Assembly (NCBI GenBank): GCA_963715335.1
Contig: CAVQRZ010000031.1
Coordinates: forward strand, 1-64,000
Reading direction: 5' to 3'
DNA length: 64,000 bases
Source: an uncultured delta proteobacterium
GTDB lineage: Bacteria > Desulfobacterota > Desulfuromonadia > Desulfuromonadales > BM103
Shown here: positions 32,210-43,230 of the stretch, piece by piece
Layout of the letters: each line of letters opens with the position of its first letter
Position numbering within the stretch: the first letter of the stretch is position 1
Notes under the pieces: model-generated
The model's database searches: none
Told to the model about the DNA's origin: nothing
The model's input: the letters and a program-made list of their open reading frames with translations, nothing else
Translations under genes and position numbers: made by a program

Positions 32210-32566
32210 CTAATCGTCCAGCAAGGCAGATAATTCACTGCGCGTCGTCTCAACATCGCCGGTGTTGAGTTCGATCAGTTTGCGCAGATGCGTGAGTGTC
32301 TCGAGGTCTTCGCTGATGAATTTGAAGCTGTAGCGCCGGTCTTCGGCATGCACCACCTTGGCCTGGAAATCGAGAGAAATATTTGTTCCCGGCAGGGTAA
32401 TGCACAGGCGGCATTGACTGTCGAGGGCAACTGGCAAAGGTTCCATGGTCCCGACCATCGCCCCTTTCATTGCAACATCCAGGAGCTCTCCGTTCCATGT
32501 CGTCTGATCAAAGGTGAGGGTGGCTTTCGCTTCAAAAGGGATTCTTCGAAAACGTCGATGTTTCAT
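32210..32566 (-). CDS. PilZ domain protein
   Basis: RRFRR (RxxxR) and DVAMKGA (D/NxSxxG-like) motifs. Confidence 0.82.
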   Translation of the reverse strand: MKHRRFRRIPFEAKATLTFDQTTWNGELLDVAMKGAMVGTMEPLPVALDSQCRLCITLPGTNISLDFQAKVVHAEDRRYSFKFISEDLETLTHLRKLIELNTGDVETTRSELSALLDD

Positions 32567-32656
32567 CGGTTCTCCCGCCAAATCGTAATCATGAAATTCT
32601 ACCTATCGGAATTCTAGCGCATAATACCCTTCAGGCAAGTCTGGCATTCAGAAGGA

Positions 32657-33274
32657 TTACCTCTCAAGTGGTTCGCCGAAACCGAAATCACGCTGGCACA
32701 ATGCAAAGAAGTTCCGCAGCAGCCGGTAAGTGATTCCCCAGAGCAGGGGTTGCTCGGGATCGAGCAGCTCAACAACGGGATGGGCCCTTTCTTCGTCACG
32801 ATAGAAGAAGGTCCTCTGCTGGTGGCGTTCCGGTTCTAGCAGCTTGATCAGGGGACACCAGAAGGCTGCTTCAATTTCATGGTTCGGTTGCAGTTCAACA
32901 GGTCCCTGCAGGTGGTAGACAAAGCATGAGACCAGCACCGGCATGATCGCACCGTAAAGGTCATCGAGGCGACCCAGGTGTCGCGCCTGCATCAGGTCAA
33001 GAGAGAGTTCTTCGAAAGTCTCTCGTTCTGCAGCCTGCTGGGGTGTTTCGCCATTATGGTTGAGCCTGCCGCCGGGGAAGCCGATATTCCCGGACCAGGG
33101 ATCACGATCGTGGGTGGCCCGGATGATAAAGAGCACCTCCGGAGAGCAAACCCCTTCCCGGAGGAGCAGGGCAACGGCTGCGTGTCCACGATCGTCGGCC
33201 GGGCGTTCCGCCGGGCGATGCGCTGCCAGGGCGGCAGCAATGCCTGAGAGAGTGATGTTTCCAGCTGTTTTCAT
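32657..33274 (-). CDS. Nudix hydrolase, CoA pyrophosphatase-like
   Basis: AAVALLL, WSGNIGFPGG, AAERETFEE Nudix box and LWGIT. Confidence 0.88.
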   Translation of the reverse strand: MKTAGNITLSGIAAALAAHRPAERPADDRGHAAVALLLREGVCSPEVLFIIRATHDRDPWSGNIGFPGGRLNHNGETPQQAAERETFEELSLDLMQARHLGRLDDLYGAIMPVLVSCFVYHLQGPVELQPNHEIEAAFWCPLIKLLEPERHQQRTFFYRDEERAHPVVELLDPEQPLLWGITYRLLRNFFALCQRDFGFGEPLER

Positions 33275-35288
33275 GATAATAAGGCCGGTTGAGATGTTTC
33301 AATAAGCTGCAGGATCTGCCTGGTCTGCAGGTTGTGAATGTGCTGACAGCGGGTGCCCAACGCTTCTGCCAATCGCGGCATGAAGGTTCGTTGCCGGTGG
33401 TCCGGCGTGGTGTCGATGACCAGGGCCGGGATCTTTTCCTGGCCCAGCTGTTGCGCTATGGCCAGGGCCTCTTGCACTGGATCGGCGCCGGGAATAAGCG
33501 GCATGGTTGCTTCACCGTCGGAGATCAGGACCAGCAACGGTTCAATCCCCTGGTTTTTGCGTTTTGCCTGGGCGATCACTTGCCCGGCTTTCTTCAGGCC
33601 TGCCGGCAACGGAGTCGCGCCGCCGACCGGTAGCCGATTCAATTGCTGCCTGATGAGCACGACGCTGTCCGTGGGCGGCACGACGAGCTGTGCGTGACGG
33701 TCGCGAAAAGTGATCAGGCAGACCTGCTCACGGTTCAGGTAAGCTCGTGCAGCAAGTGCCGCGATCGCGCCAAGGGCTGCGGACATGCGTGTTACGGGGC
33801 CGTCCCCCATGGAGTCCGAGGTGTCGATGGCAAAAACGATGAGTCGCCGCGGTTTCCGGCTGCGCAGCTGCAAATGCAGATCGGTGTCAGCCAGGGCCCT
33901 CTGTTGTCCGGAATCCTTCGAAAGGGCAAGCCGTGTTATGCATGCATTGATGGTCCTGCCTACATCAACGGCTGTGCGCTGCTGCCCGGGCTGCCATGCA
34001 CGGCTTCCAGAGCGCCTGCCGGATGTTGTCGGCCCCGACGTACCTGGTTTTGACGCGCTTTTCCGCTGCTGTTTAAGACCTACTGTCAGGTCTATGCTGC
34101 CTAAGTCAAAGGATTGGTCGGCATAGAAGAAGCGGTCGTCAATTTTTTTTTTAGGTAAGTAAACAAAGAGCTCCCAGCCGCGGCAGATCCTGGAAAGTCC
34201 ATGTTCTCCAACAGGTGGACCTCGTCATGATCCTGGCCCGGGCTCTGCTCGGAGACCGTCCCCCGGCCCTTGCCGTTGTTCAGTTCAGCAAGTTGCCGGT
34301 AAACCTGATCCTGCGTCAGGACCGTCGCCCCGGGGATGCGATGCGCCAGGGCGAAGCCGGCAACTTGATTGAGGTCCGGGGGCGTGACGCTGGCCCGGTC
34401 AAACAGGGCGGCCAGCGCTCTCGCCGACCGGACCAGGGCCAGCTCTGCCCGGTGCCCCTGGACCCTGGCGGCGGTTGCCATGGCAACCGCCTGGTCGACT
34501 ATCTCGGTGGGGATCACAACGTCATTGAGGCGTTGCCTGGCCTGGATGACCTGCTGCCTGAGAGTCTCATCATTATCGATGAAACCGCTTATGAATCTGT
34601 CCGGGGCCTGGTCGAAAGAAAGCCTTTGCAACACGATCTCACGTCTTAAGGAAATGTCGTCGACCCCGGCAATCGTTACACAGAGTCCGAACCGGTCGAG
34701 AAACTGGGGGCGCAGTTCGCCTTCCTCCGGGTTCATGGTGCCGATCAGAATAAAACGTGAGGCATGGCTATAGCGGAGGCCTTCCCGTTCAACGAGGTTC
34801 TGGCCGGAGACCGCAGTGTCGAGGAGCAGGTCGACCAGATGGTCCGGCAGAAGGTTGACCTCGTCAACATACAGGATGCCGCGATGAGCGGCGGCGAACA
34901 GCCCGGGTTCAAACTGGCGCTTGCCGCTATGCAGGGTGTTCGCCAGGTGCAGGGTGCCGACCAGGCGATCCTCAGTCGTGGAGAGGGGCAGATCGACGAA
35001 TGGCGTTGCGGTCATCTCGCCGGGCAAGGCTGTTCCGGCGGCAAATTGAGCATGGCATTCACTGTGCAACTGGTCCGGCTGGTCCGGGTCACAGTGGAAG
35101 GGACAGCCTGCGACAACCTTGATCAACGGCAGCAGGGACGCCATGGCGCGGGCTGCGGTTGATTTGGCGGTGCCTTTCTGCCCGCGGACCAGCACGCCAC
35201 CGATGGCCGGATCGACCGCGCTGATCAGGAGAGCGGTTTGCATCGCTTCCTGGCCGAGAATCGCTGAGAATGGAAAGCTTTCAGACAT
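33271..35288 (-). CDS. ChlD/BchD-like chelatase subunit: AAA+ (ChlI-like) ORF 34101..35288 joined by a -1 frameshift to a linker-vWA frame
   Basis: FPFSAILGQ, GQKGTAKST, LYVDEVNLL and MNPEEGELRPQFLDRFG in the AAA+ part; MIDAS-like DTSDSMG, GGATPL and ISDGEA in the vWA part. The -1 frame is open from 34224 to 33271 across the A10 run. Confidence 0.88.
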
Positions 35289-35362
35289 GGTGATAAAATA
35301 ACCTTGAATGAAGTTCTGGCTCTAGTATCTCAAGCACTTTAGGTCGTAGTCAAACAACGGTT

Positions 35363-37183
35363 TCAGTCTGATGAATAATGTTCCTGTTTCTTCTCAAGTT
35401 CGGTCGCGTAACGTGCCAGCACGGAACGACGCGTCAGCATGTACAGGACCCGGTGAGGGTCTTCTTCGTCAACCACCGGGATTTCTTCGAGCCCGCGGCT
35501 CGAGAGTTTGCGCATCACTTCCGTGAGCGATTCGTCCGGGGTGGTCGTGATGACCCGCGATACGGCGAGGTCCTTGGCGAGGACCAGGCTTGGTGGCAGG
35601 TCCTCGGCAAGAATTCGCCGGATATCGTTGACGGAGAAGATTGCCGTCATGCGCATCTCGTTGTCAACGACCGGGTAATAGGCTCCTTCGGCGCTTGCGA
35701 TCAGCGTGAGAATCTCTGGCAAGGGCAGGCCTTCCGCAATCAGTGTCGGTTTGCGCCCATGTTCGCGCAGGTCTTCGACCCTGATCCCTTCCAGGACGTC
35801 AACGATGAATTCGCCCAGATGTACCGGTGAGTCGATGCGACTATTAACCTGTTTCTGGTAGATCGAGTTGCGCGGGAAGACGATCATGGCGACGGTGCAG
35901 ACCAGCATCAGGGGGGCGAGCAGGCCGTAGTTGCCAGTCAGTTCGCTGACCATGATCAGGGTGGCGATCGGAGTGTTGGAGACGCCGGCGAAGAAGCCGG
36001 CCATACCGATCAGAACATAGGCTCTCGGGTCGTGAACCATGGCCGGGAAAAGCAGATCGGCTGAGGCTCCAAAGGCGCCACCGAGCATCGCGCCGATTAC
36101 CAGGCTCGGGGCAAAGACACCGCCGGAGCCGCCTGAGGAGATGGTCAGGCTGGTGGCGACGATCTTGGCCAGGGCGACCACCAGCATGACCCACAGGGCC
36201 ACCTTGCCGTAGAGCGCGGCCTGCACCATGCCATATCCCGAGCCGAGGACCTGGGGGACCACCATGGCCAGCAGGCCGAGCAGGAAGCCGCCGACCGCAG
36301 GTTTCAGCATGACCGGGAAATCCCACTGCTTGAAGAGTTTCTGGGTGCCGTAGAAACACTTGACGTAGAGCTTGCCAAGCGCGGCACAGGTCACGCCGAG
36401 CAGCACGAACAAAACCAGCTCACGCGGGTGTTTAAAGCTGAAGTAAGGGGTTGCTAAAAGCGGCTTCCAGCCGGTGGTGGCGCCGAACAGGGAGAAAGCC
36501 GTGATCGATGAAATAATCGCCGGAATCAGCCCTTCGTGTTCGAATTCAGGGTTTTTGTAAAGGACCTCGACGGCGAAAAGCGCTCCACCGAGAGGGGCGC
36601 GGAACGTGGCGCCAATCCCTCCGGCCATCCCGGCAAGGAGAAGAATTCGCCGGTCGGTTGAAGTCAATTTCAGTTTGCTGGCGATAAACGAGCCGAAGCC
36701 GGCACCGATCTGGGCGATCGGGCCCTCGCGCCCGGCAGAGCCGCCGGTCCCGATCGTGGCGATCGAGGCAAGCCCCTTGATGATCGGTACCCGTCCCCTG
36801 ATGATGCCGCCCTTGTTGTGGAAGGCATCGATCGCGGCATCCGTCCCATGGCCTTCAGCCTCCGGGGCGAAGTTGAAAACCAGGAATCCCGAGACCAGGC
36901 CGCCGATGACCGGGACCAGGAACAGGAACCAGCGGTGGTCCACGGCCAGATTGTCTATCATCCGGTCGCCGAGCATCAGGATTGCTTCGCTCCCCTCACC
37001 GGGCGGGCGGTAACCGGCCATGGTATCGAGGAAAAGGTGTTCGACGCTGTTGGTGGCGAAATAGAAGAGGACGGCAGCACTGCCGGTGACCAGGCCGACA
37101 GCGACGCTGAGGATGACCGGGCGCGTCAATACGCGCCAGTCGAGTTTTTTCAGGTTGTCGAAGAAGCGCTTAAGATCAGCCAC
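35363..37183 (-). CDS. CLC chloride channel/transporter with C-terminal CBS pair
   Basis: GHGTD, GSAGREGP and GGVFAPS motifs, multiple TM helices, CBS domains. Confidence 0.92.
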   Translation of the reverse strand: MADLKRFFDNLKKLDWRVLTRPVILSVAVGLVTGSAAVLFYFATNSVEHLFLDTMAGYRPPGEGSEAILMLGDRMIDNLAVDHRWFLFLVPVIGGLVSGFLVFNFAPEAEGHGTDAAIDAFHNKGGIIRGRVPIIKGLASIATIGTGGSAGREGPIAQIGAGFGSFIASKLKLTSTDRRILLLAGMAGGIGATFRAPLGGALFAVEVLYKNPEFEHEGLIPAIISSITAFSLFGATTGWKPLLATPYFSFKHPRELVLFVLLGVTCAALGKLYVKCFYGTQKLFKQWDFPVMLKPAVGGFLLGLLAMVVPQVLGSGYGMVQAALYGKVALWVMLVVALAKIVATSLTISSGGSGGVFAPSLVIGAMLGGAFGASADLLFPAMVHDPRAYVLIGMAGFFAGVSNTPIATLIMVSELTGNYGLLAPLMLVCTVAMIVFPRNSIYQKQVNSRIDSPVHLGEFIVDVLEGIRVEDLREHGRKPTLIAEGLPLPEILTLIASAEGAYYPVVDNEMRMTAIFSVNDIRRILAEDLPPSLVLAKDLAVSRVITTTPDESLTEVMRKLSSRGLEEIPVVDEEDPHRVLYMLTRRSVLARYATELEKKQEHYSSD

Positions 37184-37467
37184 GGTTGATGAACTTTATA
37201 TTGTCTCAGTCGCCAGGTCGTTCTTTGCATCCCGTAAGGCAGAAAGACTTTCTGCCCTTCTGTTTGCTGTGCGGTATAATTGAGGCCGTGACCCTGATGG
37301 CCGGAGCGAACAGGATGATTCGCGTGACCATGGAGACCGGATTTTCTCCCCACCGGATTAACTCGGTTCAGAATAGCGTAAAAAACCATTGATGAACAGG
37401 GTTTCCGTCACTTAACTTTTGCCAAGGATCAGTTTAACCTGCAAATAATCGTCGAAAAAGGATTGTT

Positions 37468-38892
37468 ATGTTTAACGCTTTGCTGACGGACCTTTATCAA
37501 CTGACCATGCTGGCAGGTTACCAGCGGGAATCGATGCTCGAGAAGCCCGCGGCGTTCGAACTGTTTTTCCGCGAGATTCCGTATCAGGGAGGATATGCGA
37601 TCTTCGCCGGCCTGCAGTCTGTCCTGGAATATCTTGCCGGATTGGCCTTTACGGAGGAGGATGTGCGGCATCTGGCCTCACTCGGCCTGTTTGATCCGTC
37701 ATTCCTTGAGTTCCTGAGAGGGTTCCGTTTCCGGGGCAGGGTGACGGCTCCCCGGGAAGGGGAGATCGTCTTCCCGGGCGAACCACTGCTGACTGTTGAG
37801 GGGACGCTGGCCGAAACCCAGTTCGTGGAAACCGTGCTGCTCAATATCATCAACTTCCAGACCCTGGTGGCAACCAAGGCTGCCCGCCTGAGCATTGCAG
37901 CGGGCGGGAGCCAGGTCATCGAGTTCGGTCTGCGGCGGGCCCAGGGGCCCGATGGTGCCATGAGCGTCGCTCGCGCTGCCGCGATTGGCGGTGTGCGCTC
38001 CACCAGCAACGTCCTGGCTGGATACAATTTCGACCTGCCGGTTAAGGGCACTCACGCCCACAGCTGGGTCATGGCGTTTCCCGACGAACTGAGCGCTTTC
38101 CGTGCTTACGCAGATTCGTTCCCGGACCATTGCGTCCTTCTGGTTGATACCTACGATACCCTCTCCAGCGGCTTGCCAAACAGTCTCACCGTGGCCCGGG
38201 AGTTGCGCGCGGCAGGGCACAAGCTGCGGGGGGTTCGGCTTGATTCCGGAGACTTGGCCTACCTGAGTCGACAGGCGCGCCGGATGTTCGATGACGCAGG
38301 CTTCCCCGATGTGAAAATTGTCGCGTCGAACGAACTTGACGAGCACGTCATCAACTCGATTCGCAGCGAAGGCGGGATGGTCGACATTTACGGCGTTGGG
38401 ACCCGCCTGGCAACCTGTGCCGGTCCCGGCGGCGGTGCCCTGGGCGGGGTCTACAAGCTGGTTGAATTCGCTGGCGAGCCGCGCATGAAAGTGACCAGCG
38501 ACCCGGTCAAAAGCACCTTGCCCGGACGCAAGCGGTGGCTGCGGGCGAAAGCCGGCGACGGTCGGTTCGTTATGGACGTGTTGGATCTTGACGACGACAA
38601 CGGCAACCCGTTCGCGACAGGACAGATTGCCTATGACCCGTCCAATCCCCAGCGCTGCAAGATGGTTGCGCCGGAATCCCAGGTTGTCGATTGCCGTTCG
38701 GTGGTCATGGAGAAGGGGCAGATTCTGCAGCCTGCGCCATCACTGATGGAAATGGCCGATTACTGCGCAAACCAGCTGCAGTCTCTGCCGGAAGGCAGTC
38801 TGCGTCTTATCAACCCGCATGTTTACAAGGTCGGCGTTAGCAAGCGGCTGCTTGATCTCAGGGAAAAACTGCGCAGAGAGCATACCCGTTGA
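37468..38892 (+). CDS. pncB: Nicotinate phosphoribosyltransferase
   Basis: [32 protein letters not shown] and RLDSGDL. Confidence 0.96.
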   Translation: MFNALLTDLYQLTMLAGYQRESMLEKPAAFELFFREIPYQGGYAIFAGLQSVLEYLAGLAFTEEDVRHLASLGLFDPSFLEFLRGFRFRGRVTAPREGEIVFPGEPLLTVEGTLAETQFVETVLLNIINFQTLVATKAARLSIAAGGSQVIEFGLRRAQGPDGAMSVARAAAIGGVRSTSNVLAGYNFDLPVKGTHAHSWVMAFPDELSAFRAYADSFPDHCVLLVDTYDTLSSGLPNSLTVARELRAAGHKLRGVRLDSGDLAYLSRQARRMFDDAGFPDVKIVASNELDEHVINSIRSEGGMVDIYGVGTRLATCAGPGGGALGGVYKLVEFAGEPRMKVTSDPVKSTLPGRKRWLRAKAGDGRFVMDVLDLDDDNGNPFATGQIAYDPSNPQRCKMVAPESQVVDCRSVVMEKGQILQPAPSLMEMADYCANQLQSLPEGSLRLINPHVYKVGVSKRLLDLREKLRREHTR

Positions 38893-38894
38893 AC

Positions 38895-39416
38895 TCATAC
38901 CACCTTGACGCCGAGGATCTCGGTCATCTGTTTCCTGGCAAAGGTGCCGTCGCCGGCATCCAGGTCGGCGACACAGTCGGATGGTACGGTCACGTCGTAG
39001 CCGCGAATCACCGCGTCGTAAGCGGTGTAGAAAATACAGATGTTGGTCACGCACCCGGTCAGGGTGAGATGGTCGATGTTGCGGCTCTGCAGCAGCCCTT
39101 CCAGGCCGGTCTGGTGAAATGCGGAGTAGCTGGTCTTTTCGATAACCGGATCCGTCCCCATGGGGGCCAGTTCGTCGATGACTGCTGCTCCGTCTGTCCC
39201 GCGCACCGCGTGTGGCGGCCATCCCATGCGTGAGAATTCGGGATCGTCTTCCGTGTGCGAATCGCACACGTAGATAACCGTGCGTCCTTCCCGCCTGGCC
39301 TTCTCCACCTGCCTGCAGATAGCGGCGATAATTGTGCGGGTCTCCGGTACTTCCAATGGGGCCCCCGGCAGAACGAAATCATTGAGCATGTCGATGATCA
39401 GGAGCGCGTCTTTCAT
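38895..39416 (-). CDS. pncA: Nicotinamidase / isochorismatase family cysteine hydrolase
   Basis: ALLIIDMLNDF, DSH, WPPHAV and GCVTNICI; convergent with pncB. Confidence 0.75.
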   Translation of the reverse strand: MKDALLIIDMLNDFVLPGAPLEVPETRTIIAAICRQVEKARREGRTVIYVCDSHTEDDPEFSRMGWPPHAVRGTDGAAVIDELAPMGTDPVIEKTSYSAFHQTGLEGLLQSRNIDHLTLTGCVTNICIFYTAYDAVIRGYDVTVPSDCVADLDAGDGTFARKQMTEILGVKVV

Positions 39417-39438
39417 GTGAGTCTCCGTAAACTTCTGA

Positions 39439-42400
39439 TTACTGGACAGCGGCGCCGAGTTCGACCCGGGCGCGTTGGGCTGTTTCATTGTCCGGTGCCG
39501 CTACGATGTCAGGTTGCTTGAGGAAAATTCTTTGTTTGGACAATTGACCGTCTTCGGTGAGGAACTTTTGCACCGCCAGGGCCCTGGCCTGGGCTAGCTT
39601 GCCAAGAATCTCCTCGTTGACCTCCGTGTTGGCATAAATCAGCTTCTCCATCTCGCTTTCCGGAAGCTTTTTTGTCATGCCGATGAAATTTCTCGGTTTT
39701 GGAAAATCCGTTTTGCGATAAACCTCCCAGAGATAATCTGCGTACTCCTCGTCCGGAACCTCAACGTCGTCTTCGCGGACGTCTTCAGGAAGGCTCTTGT
39801 CTTCGACCAGGTCGAGAAATTTGAGCTGCCTGACCTGCCTTGACAGCAGCTCCTTGCGGTAGCCTTCCGGGTCGTTTTCCGGATCGACAAAGCCGCTGAC
39901 TTCGACATCCAGGCTGGGTCGGTCGAGCAGAGCCTGGGACATGCGCAGCAGCTTGTCCTGTTCCGTCGGGCTCAGGCGAGCGGAGCCGTAATCGAAGTTA
40001 ATGCTGCTGAAGTCTTCCTCGCCGCCGCCCAGCATGGCTCCGAGCAGAGCGAAGGGCGAGGTTGCCGCTTTGACAAGCAGGTTCTTGATGATGGTCCAGA
40101 CGACGCCCGCGATACTGAACTGGGGGTCTTCAAGGTTGCCGTAAACGGGGATGTCGAGGTGGATCTCGCCGTTTCTGTCCTTGAGCAGGGCTACGGCCAG
40201 CTTGACCGGCAGGCTGGTGGCTGCTTCGCTTGCCACGGCCTCGCCAAAAGTGAACTGATCGAGGAATACCTCGTTGTTAGCCTTGAGCTGGCCGCCTTCG
40301 ATATTGTAGTCAAGCGACAGGTTCAGTTTGCCTTTTTCGATCAGGTAGCCGACATAATTCCCTGAGTAAGGTGACATGGGACTCAGGTCGATGTCGCGAA
40401 AACTCAACTTGAGGTCGAGGAACAGCTGCTCCGCAAGCGGATTGACGAAGCCGCTGATGGTCAGGGGGGACTGGCCGCGCAGGCTGCCGCGCAGGTCAAC
40501 CTCTGCCCGGGCGGCGGGGTCGGAATCCAGGCCACTGATGCGCCCTCCCAGTTCCCGCATGTCAGCGTGGAAGGCCCTGGGCAGGTTGCGGTCGGTAAAG
40601 TCGACTTGCCCTCCCTGTAGAACTACCGTGTCGATCCGGATTGCGCGGTGCGCTGCGTCCGGCCCCGTCTCCCCGGTTGCTGCAGCCGTTACCGCCGCAG
40701 ATGCTTCGCTCTCGGTCGAGGAACCCTCTTTGCGCAAAGCCTCAACCAGGTTCAGGCGGGCCTCTTCGTCAATCAGGATTTTGGCGAAATAGTCGCTGAG
40801 CGTGATCGACTTGATTGACAACTCCATGGGTATTGTCTGCCCTTTGATCCCGGCGACCAGCAGGTTGTCCCATTTGAGCAGGTCTTCACGATGAATGCCG
40901 TCCAGCAGGTGGAAACGGCTGATGCCAAGGTCACCTTCGAAACGCAGGTTGAAGCTTTCCTGCTCAGGAGTGACCGATGCTTTCGTATTGAAGTTCAAGG
41001 TGCCATTCTGAAGCACGAGGTTTGTCTGTTCGCTGACGTACGGCGCAAAGGTATTCAGCGCGATATTTTTCAGCTGCCCCTTCAGGTTGAGTGATTGCTC
41101 CGCCAGGGAGACCGTCCCGTCCAGACGAATCTGCCCTTTGCGGCCAAAGGTTGTCGCAAATTCGAAAGGGCTCTGAACTTTTTCCGGAGCGGCCAGGTTG
41201 CGGAATGTCAGGTTGAAATCCCGGGCCTGCAGATTCACATCGGTCTCCGGCAAGCCGTCGCGGACATCGAACTGCCAGTTAACCAGGGCAAGCTCGTCGA
41301 TTCGATAATGGAACTCCTGCTTTTTCTCCTCCGCTGCGGGCGGCGGGGGCGCATCGGGCGCCTCGGTCAATTTGGCCAGGATGGGGAAGTTATTGGAGAG
41401 CAGGGACCAGTGTCCAGCATCGTCCCGGGAGAACTTCATCCGCCCGTCTTTTGCCGCGTAGGATGCAAGTTCAAGCCTGTTCTCCGCCATGTCGAAAGAG
41501 AGCCCGGTCAATTCGAGCAGGGCGATGCCGAGGCCTTCGGTGTCGTTGAAGGCCATATACGCGTCTTTCCACGCAACCCGGCCCTGGCTGATCAGGAGAG
41601 GCTGTTGAGGATTGATATCCAGTCTGGCCTGGGCCGACATGCTGCCGCCGAGAGGTACGCTGTAGACGTCCTGGTAGTAGGGAGCGTAGAGAGCAGTTTT
41701 CAGGTCTTCCAGCGCGATTTGCAGCTGGAGCGTGAACGGCTCGAGCAGGAAATCGCCATGCGCCGTGACCTTTTCGTCGTGCAGCGTTTTCAGTGCGAGG
41801 GTGAACGGGATTGCTTCGCTTGCCACCAGGGCAAACCTTTGCAGGTCGATATTGATCTCATGGGCGGTGGTCGCAAACCCTCCGGCGGGGAGGTCATCGC
41901 GGAAGTGAACCACGCCGTCACGGACCCTGAAGTCGTCAATCAGAAGCTTGAGGGGCTGGCCGGGCTCCCGCTCCTCACTGTCCGGGTCAGAGACGGATTC
42001 TTCGCTGGCGGGTTGATCGCCCTCCATGGCCAGTCGGCCATGGTTCCAGGACCCCTGACGGTCTCGATTCAGTTGAACTTCCAGATTGTACACCTGGAGA
42101 GAGTGGAGATGGATCTCCCTGGCCAACGGACGGCTCGGGGCGATATCCACCTGCATCAGCGGCAGAAAAAACAGCTTTTCGTTCTGGCGGTCACGAATGT
42201 CGAGCGAGGTGAGATCGATGTGGCCGAGAAGTTCCAGGTCAGGTCCGGTGTTGGAGGCGAGACGGTAGCGGATTTCCAGGTCGAAACTGAGGCGCCCGTT
42301 GCGCAGCTGTACCGGCAGTTCAAACGGGACATAGCCGAGATAGAAGGGCAGGTCGATGTTGTCCAGGGAAAGGCTTAACTGCATTTCCTGGGCTTCGGCG

Positions 42401-43035
42401 AATGGCTTGAGCTCTCCTTTGACATCGACCGGGGCGTCGTTGACGATTGCGTGCAGCATAGGCTGTACAGGGTTTTCGACCATGTAGGGCAGATTGCCGA
42501 TGGCAGGCAGGGCCAGGGTCAGCTCCCGGATGCTGTGTCTGACCTGTTCGTCGAGGCTGCTGTCGACCAGTTCGATCGTGCCATTATGAATCGTCAGGTT
42601 GTTGATCGAGAATCGGGCCGGTCCTGATGCAGGTTCAGGCTCCTCAACCTCCGCCGTTTCAGGGATCAGGTTGCTGAAATTGAACCGGTTTTCAGCCAGG
42701 CGCTCGAGATGCACATAGGGGGTGTCGAGTTGCAGCTCATCGACGACCGGCGCCATGTAGTAGAGTGATTTAAGACTGAGCGACAGAGTCAGGTTTTGCC
42801 AAGCAATGAAGGGTGTATCCGGATCGGTCTCGCTGAGAGACAGGTCGCGCACCGTTACGGTCAGGCCGATCGGATTGATGCTGACCGAGCCTATTTTCAA
42901 GGTTCGGCCCGTTTCGTTAGCGACCCAGCTTTGCGCCTTATCGACAATGATTCCGGGCAGGATCAGGCTGACAAAACCAAACAGGAGGCCGACGAGCAAT
43001 CCGCAGGCATAAAGCAGACGTTTTCGGGTCAGCAT
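39439..43035 (-). CDS. DUF748 domain (AsmA-like) protein with OmpA-like C-terminus
   Basis: N-terminal TM anchor, repeated beta-rich units, LPVKLAVALLKDRNGEIHLD, AATSPFALLG, LAQARA..V and RVEL. Confidence 0.85.
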   Translation of the reverse strand: MLTRKRLLYACGLLVGLLFGFVSLILPGIIVDKAQSWVANETGRTLKIGSVSINPIGLTVTVRDLSLSETDPDTPFIAWQNLTLSLSLKSLYYMAPVVDELQLDTPYVHLERLAENRFNFSNLIPETAEVEEPEPASGPARFSINNLTIHNGTIELVDSSLDEQVRHSIRELTLALPAIGNLPYMVENPVQPMLHAIVNDAPVDVKGELKPFAEAQEMQLSLSLDNIDLPFYLGYVPFELPVQLRNGRLSFDLEIRYRLASNTGPDLELLGHIDLTSLDIRDRQNEKLFFLPLMQVDIAPSRPLAREIHLHSLQVYNLEVQLNRDRQGSWNHGRLAMEGDQPASEESVSDPDSEEREPGQPLKLLIDDFRVRDGVVHFRDDLPAGGFATTAHEINIDLQRFALVASEAIPFTLALKTLHDEKVTAHGDFLLEPFTLQLQIALEDLKTALYAPYYQDVYSVPLGGSMSAQARLDINPQQPLLISQGRVAWKDAYMAFNDTEGLGIALLELTGLSFDMAENRLELASYAAKDGRMKFSRDDAGHWSLLSNNFPILAKLTEAPDAPPPPAAEEKKQEFHYRIDELALVNWQFDVRDGLPETDVNLQARDFNLTFRNLAAPEKVQSPFEFATTFGRKGQIRLDGTVSLAEQSLNLKGQLKNIALNTFAPYVSEQTNLVLQNGTLNFNTKASVTPEQESFNLRFEGDLGISRFHLLDGIHREDLLKWDNLLVAGIKGQTIPMELSIKSITLSDYFAKILIDEEARLNLVEALRKEGSSTESEASAAVTAAATGETGPDAAHRAIRIDTVVLQGGQVDFTDRNLPRAFHADMRELGGRISGLDSDPAARAEVDLRGSLRGQSPLTISGFVNPLAEQLFLDLKLSFRDIDLSPMSPYSGNYVGYLIEKGKLNLSLDYNIEGGQLKANNEVFLDQFTFGEAVASEAATSLPVKLAVALLKDRNGEIHLDIPVYGNLEDPQFSIAGVVWTIIKNLLVKAATSPFALLGAMLGGGEEDFSSINFDYGSARLSPTEQDKLLRMSQALLDRPSLDVEVSGFVDPENDPEGYRKELLSRQVRQLKFLDLVEDKSLPEDVREDDVEVPDEEYADYLWEVYRKTDFPKPRNFIGMTKKLPESEMEKLIYANTEVNEEILGKLAQARALAVQKFLTEDGQLSKQRIFLKQPDIVAAPDNETAQRARVELGAAVQ

Positions 43036-43230
43036 ATTCGGGTATCCTTTAGAAGAAATGGTATGTAAAGGCTAGCATGGATACGATCGGACGCAACTAG
43101 CGAAAATGTATGAAATTACTCACGCTATGCGGGAGGTGATGGTGGCTGCTCCCAGGGAGATTCTTCAAGCCTCTGCGCAGATAGTTAAATTCCAATGGTT
43201 GCGCGGGTGGCGCGCGTTGACAGAAACCCC

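Noticed and set aside
37184..37400. Fluoride riboswitch upstream of the CLC gene
   Set aside because: No crcB-motif consensus is visible, and the protein has GREGP rather than the GREGT typical of fluoride-specific CLCs.
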